A stretch of 64,000 nucleotides of DNA from Octopus sinensis (lineage: Eukaryota): positions 55,428,001 through 55,492,000 of the forward strand of contig NC_043008.1 of assembly GCF_006345805.1 (NCBI RefSeq). Direction: 5' to 3'. Shown piece after piece: positions 11,059 to 24,239 of the stretch. Both the position numbers and the translations under genes were made by a program. Position 1 is the first letter of the stretch, and each line of letters begins with the position of its first letter. The notes under the pieces are model-generated. The model was given only the letters and a program-made list of their open reading frames with translations, did no database searches and was not told where the DNA came from.

Positions 11059-11679
11059 CAGGGGTATATATGGATTAATATAGCTCTCAGGGAGATTCAG
11101 CATGACAGAAGAATGCAGCAAAGTTGGCTTTTGAATTAGAGGTGCTACTCATTTTTGTCAGCTGCATGAACTGGATCAATGTGAAATAAAGTGTCTCACT
11201 TGAAGACACAACACACCACAAGGAATTAAATTCATGACTTGACAATCATGAACTAAATACCTTAACCCCTAAGCTGCACACCTTCAGGCTGGCTTAAGTG
11301 GATAGGATAGGGTTTAAATTTTCTCAGGATATAATTCTAGTGAGTCAGTGAAGAGAGATTTTTTTTTGTTTTGTTTTTTGATAAGAGCAGATGACTATCT
11401 TGTATTTGATGACCTGAGTCTCATCTTCCTCTATTTTGGTGAATGGTGAGCAATCTTTGTAGTTTGAGAAAGCAATTAAGGTCAGGATTCGCAATGATTT
11501 CAGTCAAGAGATTACACTCTGTAAAGTGGTTGGTTAACAAGTGGGGACATTCTAGGTCAAGAGGACCTTGTAGTTTTATCAAGGACATGGCAACATTCCC
11601 TAACACTGGTGCCATACAAATATGAACATTCTGTAAAGCGATTGGTGTTAAGAAGGGTCTCTAGCCATGTCAAACTCGA

Positions 11680-11880
11680 CCCTTTAGCATTCAGATTAAT
11701 TTGTCATATGCAATGTTTCTTTATTCACGTTGGTTTGAATTAGTTATGCATTATCTTACTGCTTTGAAGTTTTGATGATGTCACTGTTTATTTTTAGAAT
11801 GACATTGTAGGGTAGGTGTCAAAGGCCAGATCTGGCTAGTTCAAACATAATCAGAATATTATTTGGGCTGGATATGGCCC
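11680..11880 (+). mobile_element. piggyBac-like MITE family (CCCTTTAGCATT terminus), degenerate
   Basis: TTTATTTTTAGAATGACATTGTAGGGTAGGT core shared with 31750-31935 and, inverted, 55500-55666. Confidence 0.65.
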
Positions 11881-12871
11881 GCCAACCAATGCCAATAGGG
11901 AAAGCTGATATAAAACAGAAAATGATAAATATGAGTTTAGCAGATAAGTAAAATTATGCTAGGACCTCTCTTGATTCTATGTGGAATTTATTCCATAAAA
12001 TGAACCAAATCTCACAATGCTCCTATTTATTATTTATGACCATCTTCTCTTTAATTCCTTGTCAGATTATTCCAAAGTTCAAGACAGTTTGCTCACAAAT
12101 CTTTACACACACACACATGTAATGACATGCTCATTGTCTAATCTATCAAAGAGCTACAGAAAATACCAACAAAATGGAAGAGTGACCTGGCACCAAATAG
12201 ATTTATTATGAATATGGTAAAGACTACAGTATTAGTTAATATATGATAGTAGAGAATCTGTTGCAGTCTAAAATATGACGGCCTTACAACAAATGAGGAT
12301 TCAATATACTTTACTCAGCGCCAGAAATGGGTATACAAAGCATGCAGTGACAGGGAAACAGGACACCCAGATGCAATAGTGTAGAGGGAAGCAAAGATAG
12401 TAATGAAATATAAAACCAGACACTAGAGGCAGATGGCTTGCTGGAGGTTTTGGATAAGCTCTGTGACAAACTCAATATAATTAACATAGGAATATGAGTA
12501 GCAAAAATGTAGCAGCTAGGTGAGAACAAGATGAACTCTATGTAACCCTGTAATCAGGATAATTAGGATATGTATGAATATCTGAAGGTTTCCTGACAAA
12601 TAGAAATTAAGATGCCCCTTGTATTCATTTGGGTTGGGTTCAAGTATTTGATTAGTGCTGTAGCTATGGCTTTCACATATTTGTTATGGATCATGCTCTT
12701 TTTTCTTTCTTTTTTATGATTTAAAAATTGCACATGCACTCATCATTCATCAAGAGAAATTTAGCAGCTGGACTGAAAAAAAGCTGAATGAATAGATGGA
12801 GGTTTTCCTCCATTGGCTCTTCATTCACTTTACTTCAGTTCTTGCATGCCAGCATGGGTTAGACTAAGCAA

Positions 12872-13080
12872 CGCAACGCAAAACCTGCTCCTACTTGTTT
12901 GGATATGAACTCACTGGGAAGCACCTGACTGAGCATATGAAATGTCTAGTAGGTAGTCGACACCCATAGCTAACAGCTACATACTGTCCTTATCTTCCAG
13001 ATTGTTAAAGCTAACCATAATTTTTAACCCTTTCATTACTGTATTTTTTTTTTTGAGATGCTCTGTATTTCATTCAATTA
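12872..13080 (-). mobile_element. Inverted partial copy of the composite MITE at 10590-10790
   Basis: Reverse complement matches across the inner-MITE junction (ACCATAAT.TTTAACCCTTTC.TTACTGTATTTT). Confidence 0.8.
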
Positions 13081-13445
13081 CTGAGGCATTGTTTTACAGC
13101 TGGATGCCCTTCCTGTCACTAACCCTTACATGTTTTTCAAGTAAGGGATCTATTCCACATGTCATCAAAAGTGCAAACAAGAAGAAGTGACAACAGCAAC
13201 AACACTACTTGTAACTCATGGCTTTTGTACAGTGCAAATATAAACACACACATGGGCTTCTTTTAGTTTCTATCCCCCCCAAATTCACTCACAAGACTTT
13301 GGCCACCCTGGGGTTAATAGTAGAGTTATAGTCAAAAGGCATACAGTAAGACTGATGTGCCATACAGTAAGACTGATGTGCATACAGTAAGACTGCACCT
13401 GAAACCATGTGATTGGAAAGCAAATTTCTTCACCCCAAAACCATG
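13081..13445 (-). mobile_element. Degenerate A-head/E-tail SINE with small internal tandem repeat
   Basis: GCTGGATGCCCTTCCTG motif; CATACAGTAAGACTG repeated about 3x at 13340-13396; reverse A head. Confidence 0.55.
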
Positions 13446-14469
13446 CTGTCGGCACAACAATTCTGATGAGCTAAATAAAAACAACATCAACAACAATATA
13501 TCCAAGGTACACTTAGTCATTGTTTTCTTTACCTAATCTAGTCTGTAAGGAAGTAATTTGAAAGGAGAGCAATAAAGTACACGCTACTTGAGTACACTTA
13601 AATTCTTGTCTAACATTAATTAAACTCCCGCAAATAAAAGAACACGGCAAATAAACCATTCTTTGGCGGTTACGCAAGCAGAAAGTACACAAGTCCAGGC
13701 TTGATCTTATCAAACATACATGTTAGACTGATAAAACTATGCAGCATGGAAGAGGAAATATGGCAGATGAGAGAGAAAGAAAATAGCAGTTTGTAAGTGT
13801 GTGTGTGTGTGAGGAGGGAGTCGTGGATGGAAGGAGTGAGTGTGTGTGGGTGGATATTTGGGTGAGAGTGTATGTGTGTGCCCACATGTAATTTTATGTG
13901 TGTGTGTGGGTATGTCTGAAAGTGTATATATGTGCTTGCATGTAATTGTGTGTGTGTGCATGCATGCAAGTTTGTGTGTGGTATTTGAGTGTGAAAGAGA
14001 GAGTGCATGTGTGCTTGCATGCATGTGTGTGTGTGTGTGTGCATGAGTGAGTTTTCCGCTGTGAAGATTTTTATATTAAATGCAAAACTTAGTAATCATA
14101 TTAATACGGTTTCCTTTTGCAAAAGTTAGAAAAAAAAAGGGAATTTTTTTTCGTTTTTGTTTTTTGTTTTTTTTTGTATTACAGAATTGGAATTTTCTAT
14201 TCTAGAAAGGAAAGGAAGTAAAAAAACATTCTGTGAAATACAATTTGCAAACAATCAATTCCTTTGTTTTTTGGTAATTGTAGCTTCATTTCTATTTGTC
14301 TGTTTTCCCCTCTACTTAGAACAATTGCATCATAGAATCTGATAAATATGGATATTAGCATGTATGTTGTTTAACGTAATACTCTAAAGATGGGTATTGG
14401 ATTTTTTTCCTTAGATTCTGACAGGTAAGCAGATTAAAAAATAAAAATTAAATTAAAAAACAAAAATAT

Positions 14470-14632
14470 CATGGTTGCGTGGTAAGAAGCTTGCTTCTCA
14501 AACACCTGGTTTCAGGTTCAGTCCCCCTGCGGGGCACATTGGGCAAGTGTCTTCTATAGCTTTTAGCCAACCAAAGCCTTGTGAGTGGATCTGATAGACA
14601 GAAACTGTAAGAATCCCATTGTGTGTGTGTGT
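14470..14632 (+). mobile_element. Family A SINE 5' part
   Basis: GTGGTAAGAAGCTTGC...GGTTCAGTCCC...GGGCAAGTGTCTTC. Confidence 0.8.
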
Positions 14633-14984
14633 ACTAAGATGTTAGCTTCTCAACTTAGATGTTGATCATGACTTCATACAGACCTGACACTTTTCTTTTT
14701 TTTTTTCCTCAGTTGATAGAAGAGACAGGATTTGAACTCAGAATGAAGGGTGGAGACAGATACTGCAAGGCTTCTTATCCAATGCTCTAACAGTTATGTC
14801 AATTCACTGCACTTAACACCATCCCCAACAAAAGGATTAAGGGGGCTATGGCCTCCTTTCTTTGTCTCTTTTTTTTTTTTTTTTGCTGTGTCTTAAAAAT
14901 TTGTGAAAAAAAAGAGGAAAAACTAACCCATAACTCTAAAAGAAAACCTAGTCCAAACCCAATACTTACAGCAGAGTAAAAGTA

Positions 14985-15285
14985 AAGACCCCTTCAGTCA
15001 TGAATGACCATGGGATTGCATCAAGAAAGCTCCCTTCCAAGGCATAAGCCTGGAAAGGTTGTTTATGGAAGACCAGCAATCCCCTCTCCACCGCACTGAT
15101 GTTGTCCAACAGAAAGGTAAAAGGTCAATACAGCTTGGCACCAGTGACGTCACAACTCATTTCTACAGCTGAGTGAACTGGAGCAATGTGAAATGAAGTG
15201 TCTTGCTCAAAACACAGCCTAGTTTGGGAATTGAACTCACTACCTCATGTCTGTGAGCCCAACACTCTAACTACTGAGCCTTCAC
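14985..15285 (-). mobile_element. Family D (subfamily D1) SINE
   Basis: Same head/core as D2 with a different 3' half (GACCCC...GTCATGAATGACCATGGGATTGCA); homologous to 25640-25972. Confidence 0.8.
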
Positions 15286-15380
15286 TTGCAGCAGAGTAGA
15301 ATCTGTTAAAAACTGTCTCTGAGGGCCAGGAACCAGTTTTAAACTGGTCAACTACACAATAAGCATCCGTATAATTTTTG

Positions 15381-15515
15381 TCTAGGAAGGGCAACCAGCC
15401 ATAGAAACATTGCCAGATCAGACTGGGCCTGGTGCAGCCTTCTGGTTTCCCAGACCCCAGTTGAACCGTCCAACCCGTGCCAGCATGGAAAGCAGACACT
15501 AAACGATGATGATGA
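15381..15515 (+). mobile_element. Family E 3' end
   Basis: AGGAAGGGCA.CCAGCC...CCAGCATGGAAAGCAGACACTAAACGATGATGATG. Confidence 0.8.
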
Positions 15516-16179
15516 ATTCCACTAAGAGAAGAGATTTTGATAAAAGACTCTTGACCAAATGTCCACACGGTGGAACTGAAACTAGAACCATATCGTGATT
15601 GTGAAGTAAATTACTTAACCACAGAGATATGTTGTGCCAGAATTTGATCATTTAAACTATCCACCATAACATGTCTGAAGGGCTACTTTACTGCGTAGAC
15701 ATTTCTTTAATCTCATGTTGCATCTATGGTGACTTGTCCTCAAAGTTACAATTCAGCATTACATCATCACTAGACGAAGCAGCCATCAGCTGTTCACTTA
15801 CAAGAAGCTCAAGTACTAATATCCTTTCAGATACTCATGTTTCAGCTGATTATACACACACACACACAGAGGCACACACATAAATACCGACAACACCAAC
15901 CTGACTACAAAGTAAGCTGAAACTTGGGTTCACCATTCACATCTTAGTCTATCGACAATAGCTTGTTAGTCTTAATTACGGCATAAGTATAAATGTTTAT
16001 GTGTATGTATCAGTTCATGTTTCTGTATGTGTGTGTGCGTGCACAGAAACACACACACAAATAGCTGGATTAACTTCTCCAGTAAATTTCCTGTTTGTTA
16101 AAGGAACTAATTTCAGGGATTTCAACAATTATATTTTGTCTTAAGGACATGTGTATGCATGTCCATGTGTATGTACTGC

Positions 16180-16592
16180 TTACTCTTTACTCGTTTCAGT
16201 CATTTGACTGTGGCCATGCTGGAGCACCGCCTTTTAGTCAAGCAAATCGACCCCAGGACTTATTCTTTGTAAGCCTAGTACTTCTTCTAGCGGTCTCTTT
16301 GGCCGAACCGCTAAGTTACGTAAACACACCAGCATCGGTTGTCAAGTGATGGTGGGGAGACAAACACAGACACACAAGCATATACACACACATATATATA
16401 TGTGTGTGTATATATATATATATACATATATACGACGGGCTTCTTTAAGTTTCCGTCTACCAAATCCACTCACAAGGCTTTGGTTGGCCCAAGGCTATAG
16501 TAGAAGACACTTGCCCTAGGTGCCATGCAGTAGGACTGAACCCGGAACCATATGGTTGGTAAGCAAGCTACTTACCACACAGCCACTCCTGC
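16180..16592 (-). mobile_element. Family A SINE, full length
   Basis: Reverse complement of the family A consensus. Confidence 0.9.
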
Positions 16593-17392
16593 GGCTTTAT
16601 AAAATTATGTATAAAAATGTATAAAAATGTATTAAATTATTCTGCATCTCTTGAATGCTAAACCTCCATCCAAATGTTTCATAGTTACACCTAAGAGCAT
16701 TTCTGAAAGTTGGTAATTAGGCTGTAATTGATGGCATTAGATGGAGCAGATAAACCATTTTTAGGTAAAAATCGTAAACATCCCACCCATCATTTTCCAT
16801 CTGCTCCCTAAAATCAATAGATTTAATTACCCCTTGATTGACTGATTAATTGACTGATTCATAACTAATTATAACAAGCTGCCTACTTGGTTAGTTTGCT
16901 TCTACTAAACAGATTTCTGGAGATAAGGTTGAAACCATAAACACCAAGGATATCACAGTTGCATTGTTCGTTCTATACAGCATGTGTATGTGTGTGTGTG
17001 TGTATGTGTGTGTGTGTGTATGTGTGTGTGTGTATGTGTGTGTGTGTGTGTATGCACATGTGAACACATCTTTTGCAACCAGTGCACAAAAGAAATTAGC
17101 AAGCACACAAAGTTAATGTGCGCACAATAGGTTAATTACTTAAAATAACATACTAATTAATAATTATAATTATTCTATATTCTCATACTTTTGTTACAAG
17201 ACAAAAATGAGCTGATGCAACCAAAGATTTGTCAACACTGTTAAAACCTTAAACCTTTTACTACATAAAGCAGATTTATCCATTCAAAATTTAATTGCCT
17301 TTAACTGTGGAAAGCAATTTTACCTGACTGTCTATCTATTTTGTGGAGGAATATCATATTTGAAACTATTTTCCATAGAAATATGTCAGGTT

Positions 17393-18010
17393 AAGGCGGT
17401 GAGCTGGCAGAAACGTTAGCATGCCGGGCGAAATGCTTCGCAGTATTTCATCTGCTGTTACGTTCCGAGTTCAAATTCTGCCAAGGTCAACTTTGCCTTT
17501 CATCCTTTCGGGATCGATTAAATAAGTACCAGTTACACACTGGGGTCAATATAATCGTCTTAATCCATTAGTCTGTCCTTGTTTGTCCTCTGTGTTTAGC
17601 CCCTTGTGGGTAGTACAGAAATAGATATTTCATCTGCTGTTACGTTCTGAGTTCAAATTCCACCCCTTTCATCTTTTTGGGATCGATAAATTAAGTACCA
17701 GTTACGCACTGGGGTCGATGTAGTCGACCTAATCTGTTTGCCTGTCCTTGTTTGTCCCCTCTATGTTTATCCCCTTGTGGGCAATAAAGAAATAAGAAAC
17801 ATTAGCATGCTGGGCGAAATGCTTTGTGGTAATTCGTCTGTCGTTACGTTCCGAGTTCAAATTCTGCCACGGTCGACTTTGCCTTTCATCCTTTCGGGAT
17901 CGATAAATAAAGTACCAGTTACGCACCGGGGTCGATGTAGTTGACTTAATCCATTTGTCTGTCCTTGTTTGTCCCCTCTATGTTTAGCCCCTTGTGGGCA
18001 ATAAAGAAAT
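17393..18010 (+). mobile_element. Family B SINE trimer
   Basis: Three tandem units; TSD AATATGTCARGTT on both sides. Confidence 0.9.
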
Positions 18011-18929
18011 AATATGTCAAGTTTATTGAGGCAAAATGATTTACAGAAAATACCAATTCTAATTTTTGTTACATATTTAACAGCATTACTGGAATAACCA
18101 ATTTCGCAGAGCAAGGGTTAAAAATAACATAATACAGTCGTCGATAACACTGTCAAATCCAATTTCCCACATTCTCCATCTTCAGGGTGTCAACACAGCA
18201 ATGTGTAACTTCACTATAAAACACCTCAGGATGCACAGGAGTCAATTTTGATTAAGAATGCAATAAAGCCTTCTATCATATTTTTAAGTCATAATTAACC
18301 TGCTAGAAATAGCAGCAAAATCTCCTTCATATCACATAATACTGTCTTTAAGGAAGTACAGACACTCAGGATAATGCAGTCTGAGTTGCAATAAGTCTGA
18401 AGAAAATAAGAGAGAATCAAGGCTAGAATGGCTTCGGTAGTTTATCAGTTTGTTGGCATACAGCTAACCAACCAACCAACAAACCACCACATGCTTTCGA
18501 AAACATTCAACCTTCAGATGACATAATTCACAGCATAAATCAAAGCTGTTGTATTGGTCACACTTGTTAATGGTTATCCAACATATTCAATGCTAACCAT
18601 TTTCTCTTTCAATTGTGAATTCTTAAAAGCCTGTACATCCCGATTCTTGATGCACCATTTGGTTTGCAAACAGGAGATGCAAAAGGTTAATTGGAGTGGA
18701 ATGAGATGATAGGGTGCCCCTGTTTGGACATTTAGGATTTGGCATGGCTGACTGGACATTCAGCCAGTTTTAGAAATAACACTTTTTGATACTGGAGGAA
18801 AACACATGCACAGAACCATGTGTATACTTGAATACACTAGCACAGATGTACAAAAATAGAGCCATACAGATAGATAGATAGACAGAGAGAGAGTGGGAAG
18901 AGAGATTACTATTCATTAATTGAATATGA

Positions 18930-19146
18930 TTACTCTTTTATTCTTTTATTTGTTTCAGGCATTCAACTGTGACCATGCTGGAGCACTGCCTTTAGTCAAG
19001 CAAATCGACCCCAGGACTTATTCTTTGTAAGCCTAGTACTTATTCTATCAGTCTCTTTTGCCAAACTGCTAAGTTACAGGGACCTAAACACACCACCATC
19101 AGTTGTCAAGCGATGTTGGGGGGACAAACACAGACACTCAAACATA

Positions 19147-19207
<61 letters not shown>

Positions 19208-19366
19208 GACAGGCTTCTTTCAGTTTCTCTCTACAAACACTCACAAGGCTTTGGTCGGACAATGCTATAGTAGTAGACACTTGCCCAAGGTGTCACACAG
19301 TGGGAATGAACCCGGAACCATGTGGTTGGTAAGCAAGCTACTTACCACACAGCCACTCCTGTGCCT
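18930..19366 (-). mobile_element. Family A SINE, full length
   Basis: Reverse complement of the family A consensus. Confidence 0.9.
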
Positions 19367-20719
19367 ACACAACCTATGATTGACAAACTTTCATTCTCTT
19401 CATACACAGAGAAATATGTACACACATAAACAGAGAGAGATAGAGAGAGATAGGTGAGATGGAGAGAGGAGGTGAGATAGAGAGAGAAGGTGAGATAGAG
19501 AGAGGTGAGAGAGAGAGAGGAAGTGAGAGAGAGAGAGTGTGAATAGGTGAGAGATATGAACCCAAAGCTTTCCTTATCTTATTAATCATCACATCAAACA
19601 ACATCATCGTCATAAACTCCAGCTAAGGAGTCTCTACATGTTCACTTGACTGACTAGAATCAATAGCTAAATCTTCCCCAAACCACACTCTACTACCTCA
19701 AAAGGAAAGAAAATATCTTATATTATGAATGTGTGCACACAATGTCTGAATATAAGATGTGATGGTCAAAGCTGGACTGTGCTATAGATTCTGATCAGTG
19801 TTGAACAACTGGGGCTACACAACAATGTCCAACAAAGACTGCACTCAACTCCAATCATAGCTTCACAGATACATACTTTAGCTACGGCTGAATCTTAGAT
19901 TATTTAAAAGCTTAATAAACTCCGAAACATCATTCAGCTTTTATTGTAAATAAATCTGGAAGAGAAAAAAATATTCCTCGTTAATCTCATTATATGGTTA
20001 TAACTGACCTCAATAATTGACGAAATCCACACTAATCATTACAGTTATTACACACGGAGCAAAAGGTCTTTAATTGATGGCACCGATCACACACAGAGAA
20101 GTACATGCAACAGCTGAGAAAAACAGAAGATTAGAACTAATGTGGATAAACGGTGGGCAAATAATTCAAACATAGGATACAACCAGTGAGAAGCCATCAT
20201 GCAGAAGATAAAAAAAGAAAGAAAAATCAGTAGTTGGAACAACAACAACGAACAATAACACTAATAACAATTATAACAACTCAACAACAACAATGACAAC
20301 TACAAACAACAACAATGATGATGATAATTACAGTAGAGCAACCGAGTACTATAGCAAGCTATAAGCTGTCAAGTACTTACGAGGTTTATTGAGTTTTCAA
20401 ACAGTGAAAATCCATAAGAGGATTTGGGGTGAATTTATCGAAAGCTTGTTTCATTTCAGAAGCATTGTTTCAGTTTTCTCTGAAAACATTACACAAACCT
20501 GTGTTTGATATGGAAACATTTTGAGAGGCTACAACTAGATTGCAAACTGTTTAACTGTCAATGGATAAGATTACAGTATTGTGCAGCTTGTGAACAACAG
20601 CTCTGCGCTATCTCTCTCTCTCTCTCTCTCTCGTTTATTATTACTACACTTACATGAGGGATTTCGAACAGCCTTGATATATTAACAAAAAAAAAAAAAA
20701 AAAAAAAAAACTATGAAAT

Positions 20720-21013
20720 TTCTTTTGCTTGTTCTATTTCTGTTACTTGCTTCAGTCACTGGACTGCAGCCATAATGAGGAACAGCTGGTGAACAAATCA
20801 ACCCTAGTATTTATTCTTTCAATCTCATTTTGCCAAACTGAACTGCTAAGTTACAAGGACATAAATAAACCATCACCAGTTGTCGAGCAATGGTGGGGGA
20901 CAAACATGAATACACACACACACATACTCGCCCAAGGTGTCATGCAGTGGGAATGAACTCGGAACCATGTGGTTGGTAAGCAAGCTACTTACCACACAGC
21001 CACTCCTGTGCCT
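20720..21013 (-). mobile_element. Family A SINE, internally deleted or chimeric
   Basis: Diverged 3' half joined to a well-conserved head. Confidence 0.75.
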
Positions 21014-21089
21014 ACACAACCTGTAATTGACAAACTTTCAATTTCCTCATAGAGAAATATGCACACATATAAACAGAGAGATAGAGAGA

Positions 21090-21322
21090 GGGAGAGAGGT
21101 GAGATTGAGGAAGAGGTGAGGGAGAGGTGAGGGAGAGGTGAGATAGAGGGAGAGGTGAGATAGAGGAGAGGTGAGATGGAGGGAGAGGTGAGATAGAGGG
21201 AGAGGTGAGATAGAGGGAGAGGTGAAATGGAGGGAGAGGTGAAATGGAGGGAGAGGTGAGATAGAGGGAGAGGTGAGATAGAGGGAGAGGTGAGATAGAG
21301 GGAGAGGTGAGATAGAGAGAGG
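21090..21322 (+). repeat. 17-bp purine-rich minisatellite
   Basis: Unit GAGATAGAGGGAGAGGT repeated more than 10 times. Confidence 0.9.
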
Positions 21323-21444
21323 AGGTGTGTGTGTGTCTGAAGCTATTGTGTGTGTATATCCTCATCGTTTAAAGGAGGATGTTAAATGAGGATGATGATG
21401 ATAGTCACACACAATGAGTTTCCACGTACATATATATATTTAGA

Positions 21445-21682
21445 AGGTTGCTTGGTGAACTGGCAGAACTATTAGCACATCAGACAAAAATACTTAACAA
21501 CATTCCTCCCAACTTCGTGTTCTGAGATCAAATCTCACCAAGGTTAGCTTTGCCTTTCACCCTTCCGAAATCGATAAAGATAAGTAGCAGTCAAGTACTG
21601 GGGATCAATGTAATCGACTAGCCCCACTTCCCTCAAAATTACTGATGTTGAGCCAAGATTTGGCAAAATTATTATTACTATT
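21445..21682 (+). mobile_element. Family B2 SINE with (ATT)n tail
   Basis: CTGGCAGAA.TATTAGCA head, CTTTGCCTTTCA.CCTT core, ATTATTATT tail. Confidence 0.7.
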
Positions 21683-21684
21683 AT

Positions 21685-22086
21685 AAGCGTAGGAGTGGCT
21701 GTGTGGTAAGTAGCTTGCTTACCAACCACATGATTCCAGGTTCATTCCCACTGCATGGCACCTTGGGCAAGTGTCTTCTGCTATAGCCTCGGGCTGACCA
21801 AAGCCTTGTGAGTGGATTTGGTAGACGGAAACTGAAAGAAGCCCGTCGTATATATATGTTTATATGTATGTGTGTGTATATGCTTGTGTGTCTGTGTTTG
21901 TCCCCCCAACATTGCTTGACAACCGATGGTGGTGTGTTTACGTCCCCGTAACTTAGCGGTTCCGGAAAAGAGACCGATAGAATAAGTACTAGGCTTACAA
22001 AGAATAAGCCCGGGGGGGTCAGTTTGCTTGACTAAAAGCAGTGCTCCAGCGTGGCCACAGTCAAATGACTGAAAAGAGTAAAAGAC
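21685..22086 (+). mobile_element. Family A SINE, full length
   Basis: Matches the family A consensus. Confidence 0.9.
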
Positions 22087-22099
22087 TATTATCAGTATC

Positions 22100-22540
22100 T
22101 GGTAGCAAGCAGCAGAATCATGAGCATGCAGGGCAAAATGCTTCACAGCATTTCATCCATCTTGACTTTCTGAGTTCAAATACTGCCAAGGTCAACTTTG
22201 CCTGTCATCTTTTAGGGGTCGATAAAATAAGTACTAGTTGGGCACTGGGGCCAATGTAATCCACTTGCGTCCTCTCCCAACACTGCTAGCCTTGTGCCAA
22301 AATTTGAAAGCATTAAGCAATAGTGGCGTGGCGACATGGTAGAATCGTTAAGAGCATCAAAAATGTTCTGCAGTATTTTTCTGGACCTTTACACTCAAAG
22401 TTCAAATTTCAAGGTCAACTTTGCCTTTCATCTTTTCGAGGTTGATAAAACAGTGTACCAGTTATGTAGAGTTAACTGTATTATCTCACCCTTCCCTCAA
22501 AATTGTTGGCCTTGTGCCTAAATCAGAAATCATTACTACT
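22100..22540 (+). mobile_element. Two tandem family B2 SINEs
   Basis: Two head-to-tail copies each ending GCCTTGTGCC.AAA. Confidence 0.7.
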
Positions 22541-23249
22541 ACTACCTAGTATTTTGCATATTGGTCAATAAAACCTTACTTTTTTTTTAAGACAGTGGAG
22601 TGTAAGCGAAAAGAATTTGGCTGCTATTTTTTGTAAGTCAAGCAACCACATAGAAGCACACTCACTGGTTCATGTGACCACAAAGAGACACCATCTAAAT
22701 GTATATTAATAGAATATATACACTGTAAAAAATGAAGTTAATAGTCCAAAGGAAAACATTTTAATAACTCGTCTCAGAAATAGAAACATTCAATCAATAA
22801 CTGCACATGTTTAATAATTAGTAACAATAATTACATTAATAATTAGTAATAAATTAAACCCATTCGGGACAGCAGTTAATGACAGTAACAGGCTGTCAAA
22901 CTACCAACCAAAAATTAGTACTTCATATGTTAATAGCATTGCAGTGTCAGTGGCTAAGACTGTTTTTCACTTCCAAATTGCTCAGTTGGCTCAGCCGTAA
23001 ACAGGTGCCACTAGACGGTAAAGTTTCATCATAGAAAGTTAATGTGTACAAATAGCATAGCTGACAAATACTTTTAACAGCTTGTTGAAATCCTAGCATG
23101 TGTATAATGCAGAGAGGAACAGATTATGTGTCAGGTTGACTTGTCCTACATATATATATTCTATATACATTAACCACAGTGTATTTTCACTGGTGCCTCT
23201 ATGATCTAAAGAATTATGGAATTCACTGATATTTACATACATCATGTTA

Positions 23250-23863
23250 TTTCTTTATTGCCTACAAGGGGCTAAACATAGGGGGTACAAACAAGGACAG
23301 ACAAAGGGATTAAGTCGATTACATCGACCCCAATGCTCAACTGGTACTTAATTTATCGACCCCGAAAGGATGAAAGGCAAAGTCGACCTCGGCGGAATTT
23401 GAACTCAGAACGTAACAGCATACGACATACCTATTTCTATTTCTTTACTACCCACAAGGGGCTAAACACAGAGGGGACAAACAAGGACAGACAAAGGGAT
23501 TAAGTCGATTTCATCGACCCCAATGCTCAACTGGTACTTAATTTATCGACCCACAAAAGGAGGAAAAGTAAAGTCGACCTCAGTGGAATTTGAACTCAGA
23601 ACGTAACAGCATACGACATACCTATTTCTATTTCTTTACTACCCACAAGGGGCTAAACACAGAGGGGACAAACAAGGACAGACAAAGGGATTAAGTCGAT
23701 TACATCGATCCCAGTACATAACTGGTACTTAATTTATCGACCCCGAAAGGATGAAAGGCAAAGTCGACCTCGGCGGAATTTGAACTCAGAACATAATAGC
23801 AGACGAAATACCGCAAAGCATTTTGCCTGGCGTGCTAACGTTTCTGCCAGCTCGCTACCCTGC
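23250..23863 (-). mobile_element. Family B SINE trimer
   Basis: Three reverse units; 18-bp TSD TTTACATACATCATGTTA (23232-23249, 23864-23881). Confidence 0.9.
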
Positions 23864-23919
23864 TTTACATACATCATGTTATATTGATGTAGATACGAGT
23901 GATGTATCAGTTATGCTTT

Positions 23920-24050
23920 AAAATGGAAAGAGTCAGCAAAGGACTGTAAGAAGTGGAGATCAGCTGTGCATAGAGAAGCCAATGCTGATGAAGATACAGC
24001 AATCAGTATGCTGAAGAGGCAGATAAAGAAGTATGTGCACAACAACAGTA
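23920..24050 (+). pseudogene. Possible RTE-clade ORF C-terminal relic
   Basis: Translates WKESAKDCKKWRSAVHRE, resembling the W..LA.DR..WR motif of RTE ORF ends; short and weak. Confidence 0.3.
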
Positions 24051-24239
24051 AGCAATTCCACCTAAACATTGCTTAACTGCAGGTATTATCAAAAAACCAC
24101 GTCAAGCATAAGGTCTTGTTTAGGAAGAAGTTAAGTGAAGAAGTCAGATGTAAGAAATGAAGAAGATGTTATTGCCACAGGACTATCAAACAATAATGAG
24201 AAAGGCCACACATAGATCAGGTACACCAAAGTGAAAAAT

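Larger units (their letters stand above)
10258..11286 (-). mobile_element. Family D2 SINE split by nested insertions at an internal TTAA
   Basis: Halves 10258-10372 and 11079-11286 match the intact copy at 6738-7069 across GTGTACCC-TTAA-CGTAGTTCTCAGGG. Confidence 0.8.
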
